Source: Eledone cirrhosa (lineage: Eukaryota). Taken from it: a stretch of DNA of 64,000 nt. The notes beneath the pieces are model-generated. The model had not been told where the DNA came from, did no database searches, and saw only the letters and a program-made list of their open reading frames with translations. Shown one piece after another: positions 14,092 to 27,351 of the stretch (the stretch's first letter is position 1; every line of letters starts with the position of its first letter). The stretch lies in assembly GCA_964016885.1 (NCBI GenBank), contig OZ024741.1, forward strand, positions 87,854,001 through 87,918,000, read 5' to 3'. The translations under genes were made by a program, and so were the position numbers.

Positions 14092-15315
14092 ATTCCATTA
14101 GTTTAATTGATTACTTCCACTTTTTTTTCTTACTAAGTATCTTTTACCCACGACTCCATGCATCTTACCATCACATTGTAGTTTGTTATTAGTCTCTTTC
14201 CTATCTATTTCACATCTTACTTATCTTATATTTTACTTCGCCCATTCCCTGTCTCATTCTAATACTATTTTTCTCTTTACTCCCACTTTCTACATTTCTG
14301 TGTTAATCTATAACCTTGAATAGTTATCTTTCCCCTTCTCGTTGCCTCTTCTGATCACTGTAAATACAGCCTTCTCTTATTTATTTTTATTTAAAAGCAG
14401 ACTTTTCCCTTTATTTCCATTTGTACCTCTCTTTGTTTTATTTTTGGCTTCAACCCGTTATATCCAAACCATTCTCCACTTTATTAGACTATATTAGCAA
14501 TTTTTCACCTTCCTAATTAGTAACACTTCTTACTTTTTTTAACCGAAATCTCTTCACATAGTATCTTATTTTCCTCTTATTTTACTACTGATATTTTTTT
14601 TTTATATCTCATGCCCTCTTTCCTTTTCATCATTAGTACATATCATTAATCTTATTTATACCCCATTTTATCTAATTTTATTTAATTATTTTCAATTATC
14701 TTTAATTCACTTCGGATTACCTCTATTTATATTATCTATACTTATTTAGTGTGAATTTTTACTGATTAAACTATCCTCCTGCTATTTCATACTAATTAAC
14801 TATATTTTTTATATCTTCTCTCTTAATTTTAAAATTTTTATAAAGCTATTCTCCCCCTTTTTTCCCCTTCTTTTCCCTTAGATAATTTAAAATTAACCTT
14901 GATATATACAGTTCTACTTTTTTTTATCTCCCTTTGTTATGAGTTATGCCCCCTGTTATTCACTCTTCTGTCTACATTTGAATTCGTCTTTGTTTTCTTA
15001 ACGTTATGCTGCTTGCAGCTTTAATTGACCATCTTCAAAAACACAGCACAAGAATGCAGACTCTTTCAATCCAAGTATTGAGTTTATTTTAGCCTTTTTT
15101 TCAGTAACATTGATTTCCTTTCGAATTCTTATGTTTTAATACGTTCTTTTTGGTTCTGAAAAGGGAATCTAATCGAACAGTTATTTTTACTCTGCAAACA
15201 TCAATACCAATTTTGATAATGTACAATTTATTGATTAGCTTTTCAAAACAATTTGTCAGTCAGTAAATGTAATTATTCAAAATTCCGATGTTGTTCTCTC
15301 TAATATTTAATATTT

Positions 15316-15940
<625 letters not shown>

Positions 15941-16056
15941 ATATATATATATATATAAATTTCGTATGTCTAAAGAAACACGGTTTTAGGAAGCCGTAGC
16001 TATGCAAACACCGGGGCTAACGCCCTCTGGTGGGATCCAGCAGAAGCAAGGGGTCA

Positions 16057-16100
16057 ACCGTCTATGCATTTCAGACTTGATTGGTCTTCCTCAGGACGGT
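16057..16100 (-). ncRNA. Minimal type I hammerhead ribozyme
   Basis: Minus strand: ACCGTC CTGAGGA AGAC caatcaa GTCT GAAA TGCA TA GACGGT. 6-bp stem I, 4-bp stem II, palindromic ATGCAT stem III, AUA triplet. Confidence 0.92.
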
Positions 16101-16145
16101 CCCTCCCATCGCTTGCAACTGCTGGACTTGAGAACAGTCGAGAAC

Positions 16146-16193
16146 ATATAGTTTTCTCGTCTGTGTAAATGAGGTGATTAATCTCATTTGCAT
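16146..16193 (-). promoter_or_regulatory. Candidate internal promoter: octamer ATGCAAAT, PSE-like TCACC and TATA-like box upstream of the hammerhead
   Basis: ATTTGCAT at 16186-16193 (+), GGTGA at 16173-16177, TATA at 16147-16150; similar layout in two other families. Confidence 0.45.
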
Positions 16194-16539
16194 ATGAAGC
16201 TGCATAAGTTGGCTCAACTTATAATAGAATAGAAATAGAATTTAACTTCAGGCATAGCTGTATATAAATATGTATAGAAATTTCGTATTTGTAAAGAAAC
16301 ACGGTTTTAAGGAAGCCGTAGCTATGCAAACACCTCCTACGTTGTTATTTACATATGGATGTCTGTCAGTCTCTCCGCCTGCCTGCTGACATCTGAAATC
16401 TGTTATCCAGCTATCTAGTGTCGGGGAGAGATTTGTCATGTCTCCCGAGCTTAATGGTTGAAGCTTCTAGCCGGTAACTGGAAGATTTGGGGTTCAATTT
16501 GGGGGTCTTTATAGCATTTCTGCGCTTGAAATTTATACT

Positions 16540-17023
16540 TATCTATAATATTATAAAGCTGAGTGTCGTGTGTATGTATTATGTATGTATCCTACACACC
16601 TCCCTATAGTTTCTTAGCTTTACTCTCTCCGTCGCTCTCCCCACTCTCTCTAATAGATCATTCCCCCTCTCTATAATTTAACTGCTTTACTCTCTCTGTC
16701 GCTCTTCACTCTCAAATATTATGAAGCTGAGCGTCGTCTCTCTCTCTCTATCCCTCTTTCACCCTCTCTATAATTTAACTGCTTCACTCTCTGTCTCTCT
16801 TCACTCTCTATATGACAACACTCTTTTACTTTCCGTAGAGATGAGCGTCGTATGTAAATTCGGTCAACACGTATGTATCCTACACACCTCCCTATCGTTT
16901 CTTAGCTTTACTCTCTCCGTCGCTCTTCCCTCTCTCTATAATAGATCATTCCTCCTCTCTATAATTTAACTGCTTTACTCTCTGTGTCGCTCTTCACTCT
17001 CTAATATTATAAAACTGAGCATC

Positions 17024-17108
<85 letters not shown>

Positions 17109-17699
17109 CCTCTTTCACCCTCTCTATAACTTAACTGCTTTACTTTCTGGTTCTCTTCACTCTCTATATGACAACACTCTTTTACTTTCCGTATCTACCT
17201 TCAATATATCAATATATACCCAGGTTCTGCTGCACGTCGGGCTGAGGGGGCCAAACTCCTCAAATACCGGTCGCTCTCTGGCAGGTTTGCGGTCGTACTC
17301 CTGGCAGTAGAGACTTCTGGTGTCCTCAGCCCCAGGGCTACCTCCTTACTCACCACCATAGGCGCTGAGCTGGCTAGCCGCAGGTGTGAGCCCCGCGAGT
17401 TGGAGTGGTTTTTCCAGCGCGTCTCCCTTGGCGTCCTCCGAGGAAACGCCTTCTCCATTCTGTCCGCCGGGGCTGTGGGTGGGCCCCATCGCGAACCGCT
17501 GTAGTTGTTGTATACAGATATTAACTCATCAATCCCATTATTTATATCATATATCAACATAGAGATGAGCGTTGTATGTATGTATGTATGTAAGATCATT
17601 CCCCTCTCTATAATTTAACTGCTTTACTCTCTCTCTCTGTCGCTCTTCACTCTCTATATGACAACACTGTTTTAGTTTCCGTATCTCCCTTCAATATAT

Positions 17700-17700
<1 letters not shown>
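16540..17700 (+). repeat. Tandemly reiterated CT-rich repeat, possibly Helitron-derived, interrupted by a CRE fragment
   Basis: CTCTCTATAATTTAACTGCTTTACTCTC and TATGACAACACT blocks recur several times; starts ATCTATAATATTATAAAGCTGAG. Confidence 0.5.
17220..17504 (+). pseudogene. C-terminal restriction-like endonuclease region of a CRE-clade non-LTR retrotransposon (absent from the ORF track, no start codon)
   Basis: Hand translation: PGSAARRAEGAKLLKYRSLSGRFAVVLLAVETSGVLSPRATSLLTTIGAELASRRCEPRELEWFFQRVSLGVLRGNAFSILSAG..*, matching the CRE pattern AE..K..KY / AVET.G / QR.S....RGNA. Confidence 0.75.
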
Positions 17701-17767
<67 letters not shown>

Positions 17768-17772
<5 letters not shown>

Positions 17773-18561
17773 ACGTCAAGATGGCCGGTCTCAAAAGTGA
17801 AACTAATTTTTGACAGTTACGATTGTGAATTTGTTTGTTTTTTTACAACAGGTCTCAATAGTGAAAGTATAATGCAGACACACGCAATTGTATGGATTTC
17901 ATAATATATATATATATATGTGTGGGTGTGTATATGTGTGTATATATATATGTGTATGTATATATATATATATATATGTGTGTTTGTATATATATATGTG
18001 TTTGTGTCATCATCATCGTTTAACGTCTATCTTCCACGCAAGCATGGGTTTAGACGTATATATATGTTTGTGTGTATATATGTGTTTGTGTGTATATATA
18101 TGTGTGTTTGTGTGTATATATATGTGTCTGTATATATATATATGTGTATGTATATATATATTTATGCACACATACACATTTGTATGAATTTGTAGGCATA
18201 TATAGATACATCTACAAATTCATACAAATGTGTATGTGTGCATAAATATATATATATACATACACATATATATATATATAGACACATATATATACACACA
18301 AACACACATATATATACACACAAACACATATATATATACAAACACACACATATATATATATATACATACACACACACATATATATACACACATATACACA
18401 CCCACACATATATATATATATATATTAAGAAATCCATACAATTGCATGTGTCTGCATTATACTTTCACTATTGAGACCTGTTGTAAAAAAAAAAAAAAAT
18501 TCACAATCGTAACTGTCAAAAATTAGTTTCACTTTTGAGACCGCCCGTCTTGACGTATGCC
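17768..18561. repeat. Foldback palindrome of about 790 bp with a loop of about 14 bp, in (TA)n
   Basis: GGCATACGTCAAGA...TTTGTATGAATTTGTAG is mirrored by CTACAAATTCATACAAA...TCTTGACGTATGCC. Confidence 0.88.
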
Positions 18562-18674
<113 letters not shown>

Positions 18675-18787
18675 GGAAAACTACACACACACACATCCAC
18701 AGAGAGAGACAGAAAAACAGAGGGAGGGGAAAAGAGAGAGAGATAGGCCGTTAGACAGAGAGAGATACAATTACAGTGTTAGTTATT

Positions 18788-18822
<35 letters not shown>

Positions 18823-18985
18823 AAGGACAATGTGACACGGGAGGGTGTGTTGTATCTTTGCAGTGGAGTGGTGGGGGCAGGTATACCTATCTGAGCGGCA
18901 GCCGGACGGGGCAGCTAGTATATATATATTCTCAGCGCTTCAAAAACCAAAAATTCGGCTTCATACATATTATATATATATACAT

Positions 18986-19041
<56 letters not shown>

Positions 19042-19152
19042 TGAAAAAAAATGAAAACGAAATTTCATTTCTCACTCTTAGTATGGCACTTACTTAAATG
19101 TAAGTATGTATGTATACGTACATACATATATGTATACAGACGTACAGTAGCA

Positions 19153-19219
<67 letters not shown>

Positions 19220-19379
19220 GCATACAGGTACACATACATATATGCACGCATCAGTTTAGCCGACGTTTATTATAACGCAGCTTTGTTCGCTTGTTTGTCA
19301 ACAAACCGAACAGCCTGAATTTATGCCATACGGTGTTAAGGCAACCACGTCACCTTTTTGTTCAACACTGACACAGGAA

Positions 19380-19420
19380 CGATGTACTAGTTTCAAGCTT
19401 GTTAGCTATCATCAGCACCG
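19380..19420 (-). ncRNA. Minimal type I hammerhead ribozyme (array unit 1)
   Basis: Minus strand: CGGTG CTGATGA T AGC taacaa GCT T GAAA CTAG TA CATCG. Stem I CGGTG/CATCG, palindromic ACTAGT stem III, GUA triplet. Confidence 0.9.
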
Positions 19421-19455
19421 TTTACCCATCTGCCAGATAGTTGAACGTTCGAAAG

Positions 19456-19503
19456 TATATACTTTCCTTATAAAAATTAACGGCTGAGCAGCCTAATTTG
19501 CAT
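19456..19503 (-). promoter_or_regulatory. Candidate internal promoter (octamer + TATA) repeated in each full array unit
   Basis: ATTTGCAT at 19496-19503, 19984-19991 and 20466-20473; TATATA at 19456-19461. Confidence 0.45.
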
Positions 19504-19656
19504 ATTGAGTGAGTTAAATCGGTCAGGCATACCGAAAACGACAAGTTGAAAAAAATGAAAACGAAATTTCATTTCTCACTCTTAGTATGGCACTTACTTA
19601 AATGTAAGTATGTATGTATACGTACATACATATATGTATACAGACGTACAGTAGCA

Positions 19657-19707
<51 letters not shown>

Positions 19708-19867
19708 GCATACAGGTACACATACATATATGCACGCATCAGTTTAGCCGACGTTTATTATAACGCAGCTTTGTTCGCTTGTTTGTCAACAAACCGAACA
19801 GCCTGAATTTATGCCATACGGTGTTAAGGCAACCACGTCACCTTTTTGTTCAACACTGACACAGGAA

Positions 19868-19908
19868 CGATGTACTAGTTTCAAGCTTGTTAGCTATCAT
19901 CAGCACCG
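19868..19908 (-). ncRNA. Minimal type I hammerhead ribozyme (array unit 2)
   Basis: Identical to the unit 1 motif. Confidence 0.9.
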
Positions 19909-20144
19909 TTTACCCATCTGCCAGATAGTTGAACGTTCGAAAGTATATACTTTCCTTATGAAAATTAACGGCTGAGCAGCCTAATTTGCATATTGAGTGA
20001 GTTAAATCGGTCAGGCATACCGAAAACGACAAGTTGAAAAAAATGAAAACGAAATTTCATTTCTCACTCTTAGTATGGCACTTACTTAAATGTAAGTATG
20101 TATGTATACGTACATACATATATGTATACAGACGTACAGTAGCA

Positions 20145-20189
<45 letters not shown>

Positions 20190-20349
20190 GCATACAGGTA
20201 CACATACATATATGCACGCATCAGTTTAGCCGACGTTTATTATAACGCAGCTTTGTTCGCTTGTTTGTCAACAAACCGAACAGCCTGAATTTATGCCATA
20301 CGGTGTTAAGGCAACCACGTCACCTTTTTGTTCAACACTGACACAGGAA

Positions 20350-20390
20350 CGATGTACTGGTTTCAAGCTTGTTAGCCCTCATCAGCACCG
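20350..20390 (-). ncRNA. Minimal type I hammerhead ribozyme (array unit 3, variant)
   Basis: Minus strand: CGGTG CTGATGA GGGC taacaa GCTT GAAA CCAG TA CATCG. Core intact; stem II still pairs through G-U. Confidence 0.85.
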
Positions 20391-20627
20391 TTTACCCATC
20401 TGCCAGATAGTTGAACGTTCGAAAGTATATACTTTCCTTATGAAAATTAACGGCTGAGCAGCCTAATTTGCATATTGAGTGAGTTAAATCGGTCAGGCAT
20501 ACCGAAAACGACAAGTTGAAAAAAAATGAAAACGAAATTTCATTTCTCACTCTTAGTATGGCACTTACTTAAATGTAAGTATGTATGTATACGTACATAC
20601 ATATATGTATACAGACGTACAGTAGCA

Positions 20628-20670
<43 letters not shown>

Positions 20671-20941
20671 GCATACAGGTACACATACATATATGCACGC
20701 ATCAGTTTAGCCGACGTTTATTATAACGCAGCTTTGTTCGCTTGTTTGTCAACAAACCGAACAGCCTGAATTTATGCCATACGGTGTTAAGGCAACCACG
20801 TCACCTTTTTGTTCAACACTGACACAGGAACGATGTACTAGTTTCAAGCTTGTTAGCTGTATGCATGTGTGTATATATATATATATATATGCATGCTACT
20901 GTACGTCTGTATACATATATGTATGTACGTATACATACATA

Positions 20942-21023
<82 letters not shown>

Positions 21024-22137
21024 GTAAAAGATGAAAAATTTAGTCTTTTATACTTCTGACACATGTTTTTACAAAAATAATCCCCCACAAATAAAATAAA
21101 AAGATGGAAAATAAATTAGAGAAAATACTTTACTTAAGCTAAATTATGCATACACAAATGTAACCAAAAATTACAATCAGTGTCCTCAGAGAAGGTATAA
21201 ATGATTAACTAAGAATATTTAATCATTCATACCTACTTTAATAACACAGAAATGAACAAAATGTTCAGATTGTAATATATGATTACATTTGTGTATGAAT
21301 AATGGAACTTGAATAAGATCTTTTACTATTTTGTTTATTTATTTATATATTTTTGCTCATTAACTTAATCAATCACCCTGTTTAACGCCACCATCTAACA
21401 CCTGGGTGCATTTAGTGTACTTCAGTCTATTGCAAGGTTTCCTAACCTGGGTGATATCGCCCACCCCACCAGTGGGCAATTTCAATTGATGGCTGGGCGA
21501 AGAACAACTGAAGAGAAAATGGTAGACGATTGGAAATTTTGGTGGACGATATCGGATTTTGAGTATTAAGAAGGTATTTCATAGGCTCCCGAAAAAAGTA
21601 TTCGAAGGAGATATGCAAAGAACCTGTATATAAAAAACAAACAAACAAAAACAAAACAAAACGGGAGACTAAATGGGAATAACGAATCAGTAAAAAATTT
21701 TACAAAACAGTTTTGGTATGCTTTTGAATATTTACTATACTGATGGGTGGTGGAAAATGTTTCCATGTGAATATGGGTGATGACGCAAAAAATATTGGGT
21801 GCCATATCGTCAGTTTGACTATATCTTCCTCCCACCTACCAGTCACGGTGGTCCTAAGTAGACAGATCAAACAAAATATTTTACACAGAAAGTGTTAAAA
21901 CCAGAAACCATTAATATTTTTGTACCATGATACTATGAAATTATAGCAGGAGGCGATAGTACAGTTAATTTTCAATTTCTGTTTGACTCTATTTTACATT
22001 CTATGTAATTAATTAAAACAACACACCTCACTCACTGTTTCCTCTACACCTGGTATCACCAGAGGCCCCAAAATTCATTAAGAACGCATTATTATTATTT
22101 CTTCGTTATAGTCATGAGAATAATTGTATTGAGTTTC

Positions 22138-22175
<38 letters not shown>

Positions 22176-22639
22176 GTGTATGCCTCCGGATATGTTTAGG
22201 TATCTACGTGCACATGTGCATGTGAGTGTGTGTACTTGTCCATGTTATTGTGTTAGTGTATGTATGTGTGTGCGTGTGTGCGTGTGTATGTGTGTGTGTG
22301 TGTGTACGCCAGTATAGTCTAAAATGCTTCTTTGCATTATGCCTTACATATACATGTATCTGACATTGTACATTTGTATAACATATACGATGCCCATATT
22401 TATTGCTATATCATTAAATTGATATATCAATATAATTAACATAATAGGAAATATATACTAGTCTAGAGAATATTAGGCTGTTTGCCGTATATAGCAATAA
22501 GTGTAGTTAATGTTAGTTGGAATTTGAACTTTGTTGTACACGTGTGATATGCTGTATGAATGTTGTATTTTGTCACAGGCCTATTTATAATTACTTTGCT
22601 GCCATTCTTGTGAGTTTATAATACACGCATCGAACTGCT

Positions 22640-22900
22640 CAATCCACAAAAGATTTTTTCTAGAGGAGAAGAGTGGCAGAGATCAAACAATCACCCTATA
22701 TCCCTGGCTTGAATTTGTGCGATCGTTGGGTGTTCAAGTTATTAAAGTAACATCTTTGAAACTTTGTTTTCGCTTCATTAGAAGAGGTGGTTGATGATTC
22801 GTGCTGGTTTTGACAATTGCCAAAATAATGGTTCCAGAAAGAGTTAAATGCTTTGCATCAGCACTGTAAAGATGTTATTGCATTCAAAGGAGATTATGTT
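22640..22900 (+). mobile_element. Probable mariner/Tc1 transposase 3' relic
   Basis: Degenerate HP.Y.P.L..CD.W.F..LK-like and C..VI...GDY-like stretches. Confidence 0.4.
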
Positions 22901-22994
22901 TTGCAGAATAAATAAATTTTAGTTTCAATATGTTGTGCATTTTCCTTTAAAGGGTTATTCTAAAGACTTTATTGCCACGCCAAGTATAAGTCCA

Positions 22995-23480
22995 AAATGT
23001 GTATCCGAGACTGCAACAACGTGGATATAAATATGCAGATTTTTAATATGTAGACATATACGAATTTCCCTGTAAATTGAAATAATGATAAACTTCTTTA
23101 ATCGATTTTTTGTATCTAATTGGATCTTCATCGGTATGCGTCATCTAATCACCCACAAGGAAACATGTGTTTAATGGGTATATAAATACCCATTCGCTCT
23201 TAGTATTATTCTGAAACGGACATATTAATTTGCATGTAATTAGCGTTTTTGTAGGTAATTGAGATATATATTAAGAAGTACGCTAACAGCTGAAGTGTAT
23301 GATAAAGTTATATCTGTATGATACAGAGTGTGTAACCGAGATTGCAACAATGTGTATACAAATAAACACATTTTTAATACATAAACATGTAAACCTACCA
23401 GGAAATACGAATTTCCCTGTAAATTGAAATAATGATAAACACTTTTAATCGATTTTCTGATTTAATTGAATATGTTTTCA
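22995..23480 (-). mobile_element. Decayed retrozyme-like unit with a period of about 347 bp
   Basis: CGAATTTCCCTGTAAATTGAAATAATGATAAAC at 23061 and 23408. Minus-strand relic CCGATGA AGATC..AAA TCGA TT; octamer at 23228-23235; TATATAAA at 23179-23186. Confidence 0.5.
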
Positions 23481-24074
23481 CCATGTAATCTCTCCAGGCT
23501 GAAGAAGTTTGGATAGGTTCCAAGCTGAAAACGCTTGATCTCTCGGTCAGACGTCTACGTCATAAATATGCCCACTCTGTATATCACTATGCATCAAATA
23601 CTACTCTGATTTGTGGTTTTCCTGGTCTTCGCACCACAGACATACGGTCCAGGTTATTCGCGGAATTTTCCTTAGAACCTAACTAATAATTGTTCATGGA
23701 AACCACCGCATATTTGCGGAATCGTAAATATCTTCCGCGATTTTTTAATGGTTTTTTTCGTGGCAATATATATATTTTTAACGCTAAATTATTAATAACT
23801 GTTTCTACTTTAGGCACAAGGCCAGCAATTACCCAGTACATTACTGGTACTTTATTTTATCGACCCCGTAACAATATACCGTATTTACCGGCCTATTGGA
23901 CGCACCTGCGCATAAGATATTCCCTCTTTTTTTATTATATTTTACATTATATCTTGACATTTACAAGCGTTTTTATGGACCAAGTCCAATATTAACGGTT
24001 TTCACTCTTCGTAGGTGCTCTAATAACGTAAACCCGCGAATACCGGGGGATAACTGTATGTATATATATATATA

Positions 24075-25195
24075 CTAGCAGCAGTACCCAGTGTTGCCTG
24101 GGTAGGTAAAATAATATCTGCTTTGATGAAAAGGTGTGGATCTTAGCGACTGCGAGTTTCTTGAAAATCGGTCGTAAGATGTAGCAAATGGCGAAATGTT
24201 GAGTGAAATCGCATTTTGAAGAGTTAAACGGCTGAACAAAAAATGCAAAGTGTAAAGCTACTATAAAATGTGCAATGATAGGTTCTATCGTAGTATAAAA
24301 GTTGAACCAAATAAATTGATTTATGTGTGAGGTGGAGCCGAAGTTTCGAATTTGAACGAAATCACTTGAAAAATGTGGGAGCTAATGATAGGTCGCCGTC
24401 CCTGAACAAAAAATGCAAAGTGTAAAGCTACTATAAGATGTGATAGGTTCTATCGTAGTATAAAAGTTGAACCAAATAAATTGATTTATGTGTGATGTGG
24501 AACCGAAGTTTCGAATTTGAACGAAATCGGTTGAAAAATGTGGGAGTTAATGATAGGTTCTATCGTAGTATAAAAGTTGAACCAAATAAATTGATTTATG
24601 TGTGAGGTGGAGCCGAAGTTTCGAATTTGAACGAAATCGGTTGAAAAATATGGGAGCTAGAGCCGAAAAGGCGGAAATTTAAGCGAAAAGGTGGTATTTT
24701 CGAATATTTAAGCGGCTGCCACGCCGTTCCTGAACAAAAAATCCAAAATATAACACCACTTTAAGACGTGAAATAATCAGATCTAGCGTAGTGTAAAATT
24801 TGAACAAAGTAAGTTGATTAATGTGGGAGCTAGAGCCGAAAAAGTGGAAATTTGAGTCTAAAAGTGGTAATTTTGAATATTTAAGCGGCTGCCACGCCGT
24901 CCTTGAACAACAAATGCAAAATAAAAAGCAGTTACAGGATGTGCAATGATAAATTCTATTTTGCTTTAAAATTTGAACGGAATCGGTGGCAAATGTGGGA
25001 GCTAGAGCCAAAAATCTTATTTTTCGATACCTAAAAAAAAGTGACCTCCAATCGATTTTTATCTGCAGAATGACCTCGGAATAAAAAAAAAAGATACGCT
25101 GATATATAGAAAACACTCCCCGATGACTAATCTATGAGCCTGTAAAGTTTCATGAAAATCGGTCGTAAGATGTAGGCCCCTATAGGTAATACACA

Positions 25196-25284
<89 letters not shown>

Positions 25285-25313
25285 ACACACACTTAATTTT
25301 ATATATATACAGA
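24075..25313 (-). mobile_element. Non-autonomous Helitron with internal subrepeats of about 90 bp
   Basis: Minus strand begins A|TC and ends CTAG|T; subterminal hairpin TACCCAG-N6-CTGGGTA at 24085-24104; repeated TGATAGGTTCTATCGTAGTATAAAAGTTGAACC blocks. Confidence 0.72.
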
Positions 25314-25836
25314 TATACAACACCACAGATTCCACACACTGACCACCGATGTTACATATCAACTTCCACATGGACGCTCCTCTCCGAACTCATTAATATT
25401 TTACTTCCAGCCAATTCCAATTGGACGCTATAACAGTCAGCTACCTTTATTTTCTCATAGAATATATATATATATGTGTTCATAGACCATTTTTATTTAC
25501 CAAATTGCCACCCTTACCTTTCTGTTACCACTCTATATATCTAAGTATCTCTCATTTTCTTTATATCTACTAGTTGTAGCCCAGTTTTCCTTGGGACATA
25601 AATACACACGTTTTTTCGCACAAGTTGAAAGACTTGCACTTAAAATTCCTGCTTTTTCAATCAACTTTCTCTAACTATCTATCTTTCACACACACGCGCG
25701 CGCTCTCTCTCACTTCCTCTCTCTCTCTTTCTCTATCTCTTTCCCTCTCTCTCGCCCTTTCTGCCTCTCTCGTTGTATTTCTTTCTCAGTAACACAACTT
25801 GTGTTTTTTCTTGAAACAAATTTTAATTCAATCTTT

Positions 25837-25868
<32 letters not shown>

Positions 25869-25886
25869 CAAACACGCTCGCACACG

Positions 25887-25989
<103 letters not shown>

Positions 25990-26119
25990 GCAACAACGAA
26001 AACTCCGTTGTTCGCACGTTACATTTTAGTTAGTTAGAGAGAAGGGGAAGTGGAGTAAGTGAGAGGTGAAGCATTATTTCCCTCTCTATATATAGCAAGC
26101 GCGACGGACGGACTGACAG

Positions 26120-26555
26120 ACACAAGTAATGGAAAACTGATGCTTCCTTATTGAAGCGGGTCTAAAACTCAACACAGCAGAGTATCTCACAATCTTAGAA
26201 GAAGCTTTGTTGCCTTGGATTGGGAAGCATTATGATGCAAGACGAATCATGTTCGTGCAGGACTCCGCGCCCGCCCATTCTTGGAAATGAGTGCAAACAT
26301 TTTTGAAGGAGGAATTGCCCATGTTTGTCCCTATAGATATCTGACCCTCTAGCTCGCCAGATTTGAATCTGTGTGATTCTTGACTATGGGGTGCAGTTGA
26401 AGCAATATCCAACGCAACTTCTCACAACTGTTTCTTCGATCCAGCGAGCATTCGGGAAAATGAAAAAGGAAGAAATAGTTAAGATATGCGCATCATTTCG
26501 TAAATGGATTGAACTGGTAAAGAAAGCAAATGGCGATCACACTGAACTGAAATAA
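26120..26555 (+). mobile_element. Decayed Tc1-like transposase (DDE region)
   Basis: YLTILEEALLPW, MFVQDSAPAHS, I*PSSSPDLNLCD..WG, CASFRKWIELVKKANGDHTE. Confidence 0.8.
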
Positions 26556-27351
26556 GTGCTAAACATAAAGATGAAGGTCCGGCGGAGTCATCGGTCAAAA
26601 ATATTTTCAAATCTACCCACGCCAAGTGCAAAAATCAAATTTGTAATGTATTGATTTTTCAGTTCAAATGTATAAATAGAGATGAGAGACGAGTTATTTC
26701 CCTTTTATGGCATCCTTCTGTCTATCTATTTACGTTACGAATACTGACGCGTGCAAAAGTACAAAAATACACGAACAACTTTCGGGCTAGCAAAATTTTA
26801 ACCTGCAAAATTCGTGAGTTCGAAATTTCAACATTAAGCTTCCATTTTGCTTCATTTCCATTAAAAAGTATTTTAAAACAATATTTTTACTTGAAAACAA
26901 GCCTATTTGAATACACCGTAAAACAAGCAAATATTTTGATCGTAAAACAAGCAAATATTTTGATCTCGAATAAAGCCTTATGAGATTTTCATTTAGAAGC
27001 AATGATTTTAAACGACAGACAGATAACGCATTTTTTGTTTTTGTTTTTCATGTCCATCTAATTTCTTTGTTTCAAAATAACTGATAGTTTGGTTACACTG
27101 ATGTTTTTCTCTGAGACAAGTGTTGCAGTGTTTACATTTTCGATTTTGTTAATAGATTACCAGTGCAAATTTTATCCCCAGCGTCCTCTTTTGTTTTAAC
27201 ATTCGGGTTATGGTTATGTTTTCTTAACTTCATAAGGTATACTGTTGGTTGAGGGAATATTAATCAAAAGTACCACATGAAAGTCTACACTAAAGGTTCT
27301 CAACGAGGGGGGGGGGTAGAAGCCCCTTTAGTTTGGTAAGTTTTATAAGTC

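Larger units (their letters stand above)
15957..16334 (-). mobile_element. Retrozyme-like non-coding unit of about 321 bp plus a partial second copy
   Basis: Direct repeats at 15957-16012 and 16278-16334; internal hammerhead; starts in (TA)n; no ORF. Confidence 0.75.
19041..20945 (-). mobile_element. Tandem array of retrozyme-like units of about 485 bp (3 full + 1 partial + inverted end)
   Basis: Units start at 19041, 19546, 20034 and 20516 and are near-identical apart from (TA)n length. One hammerhead per unit; inverted segment at about 20857-20945; no ORF. Confidence 0.88.

Noticed and set aside
19041-20860. Regular repeat array considered as a CRISPR-like locus
   Set aside because: Whole units of about 485 bp are repeated with no unique spacers and no cas genes; the context is eukaryotic.
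21755-21820. Minus-strand CTGACGA...GAAA
   Set aside because: No stem I pairing; likely chance.
23495-23540. CTGAAGA-AGTTTGGA/TCCAAGCT-GAAA hammerhead-like core on the + strand
   Set aside because: Stem II is good, but I could not build a consistent stem III, NUH triplet and stem I in either type I or type III topology; at best a relic.
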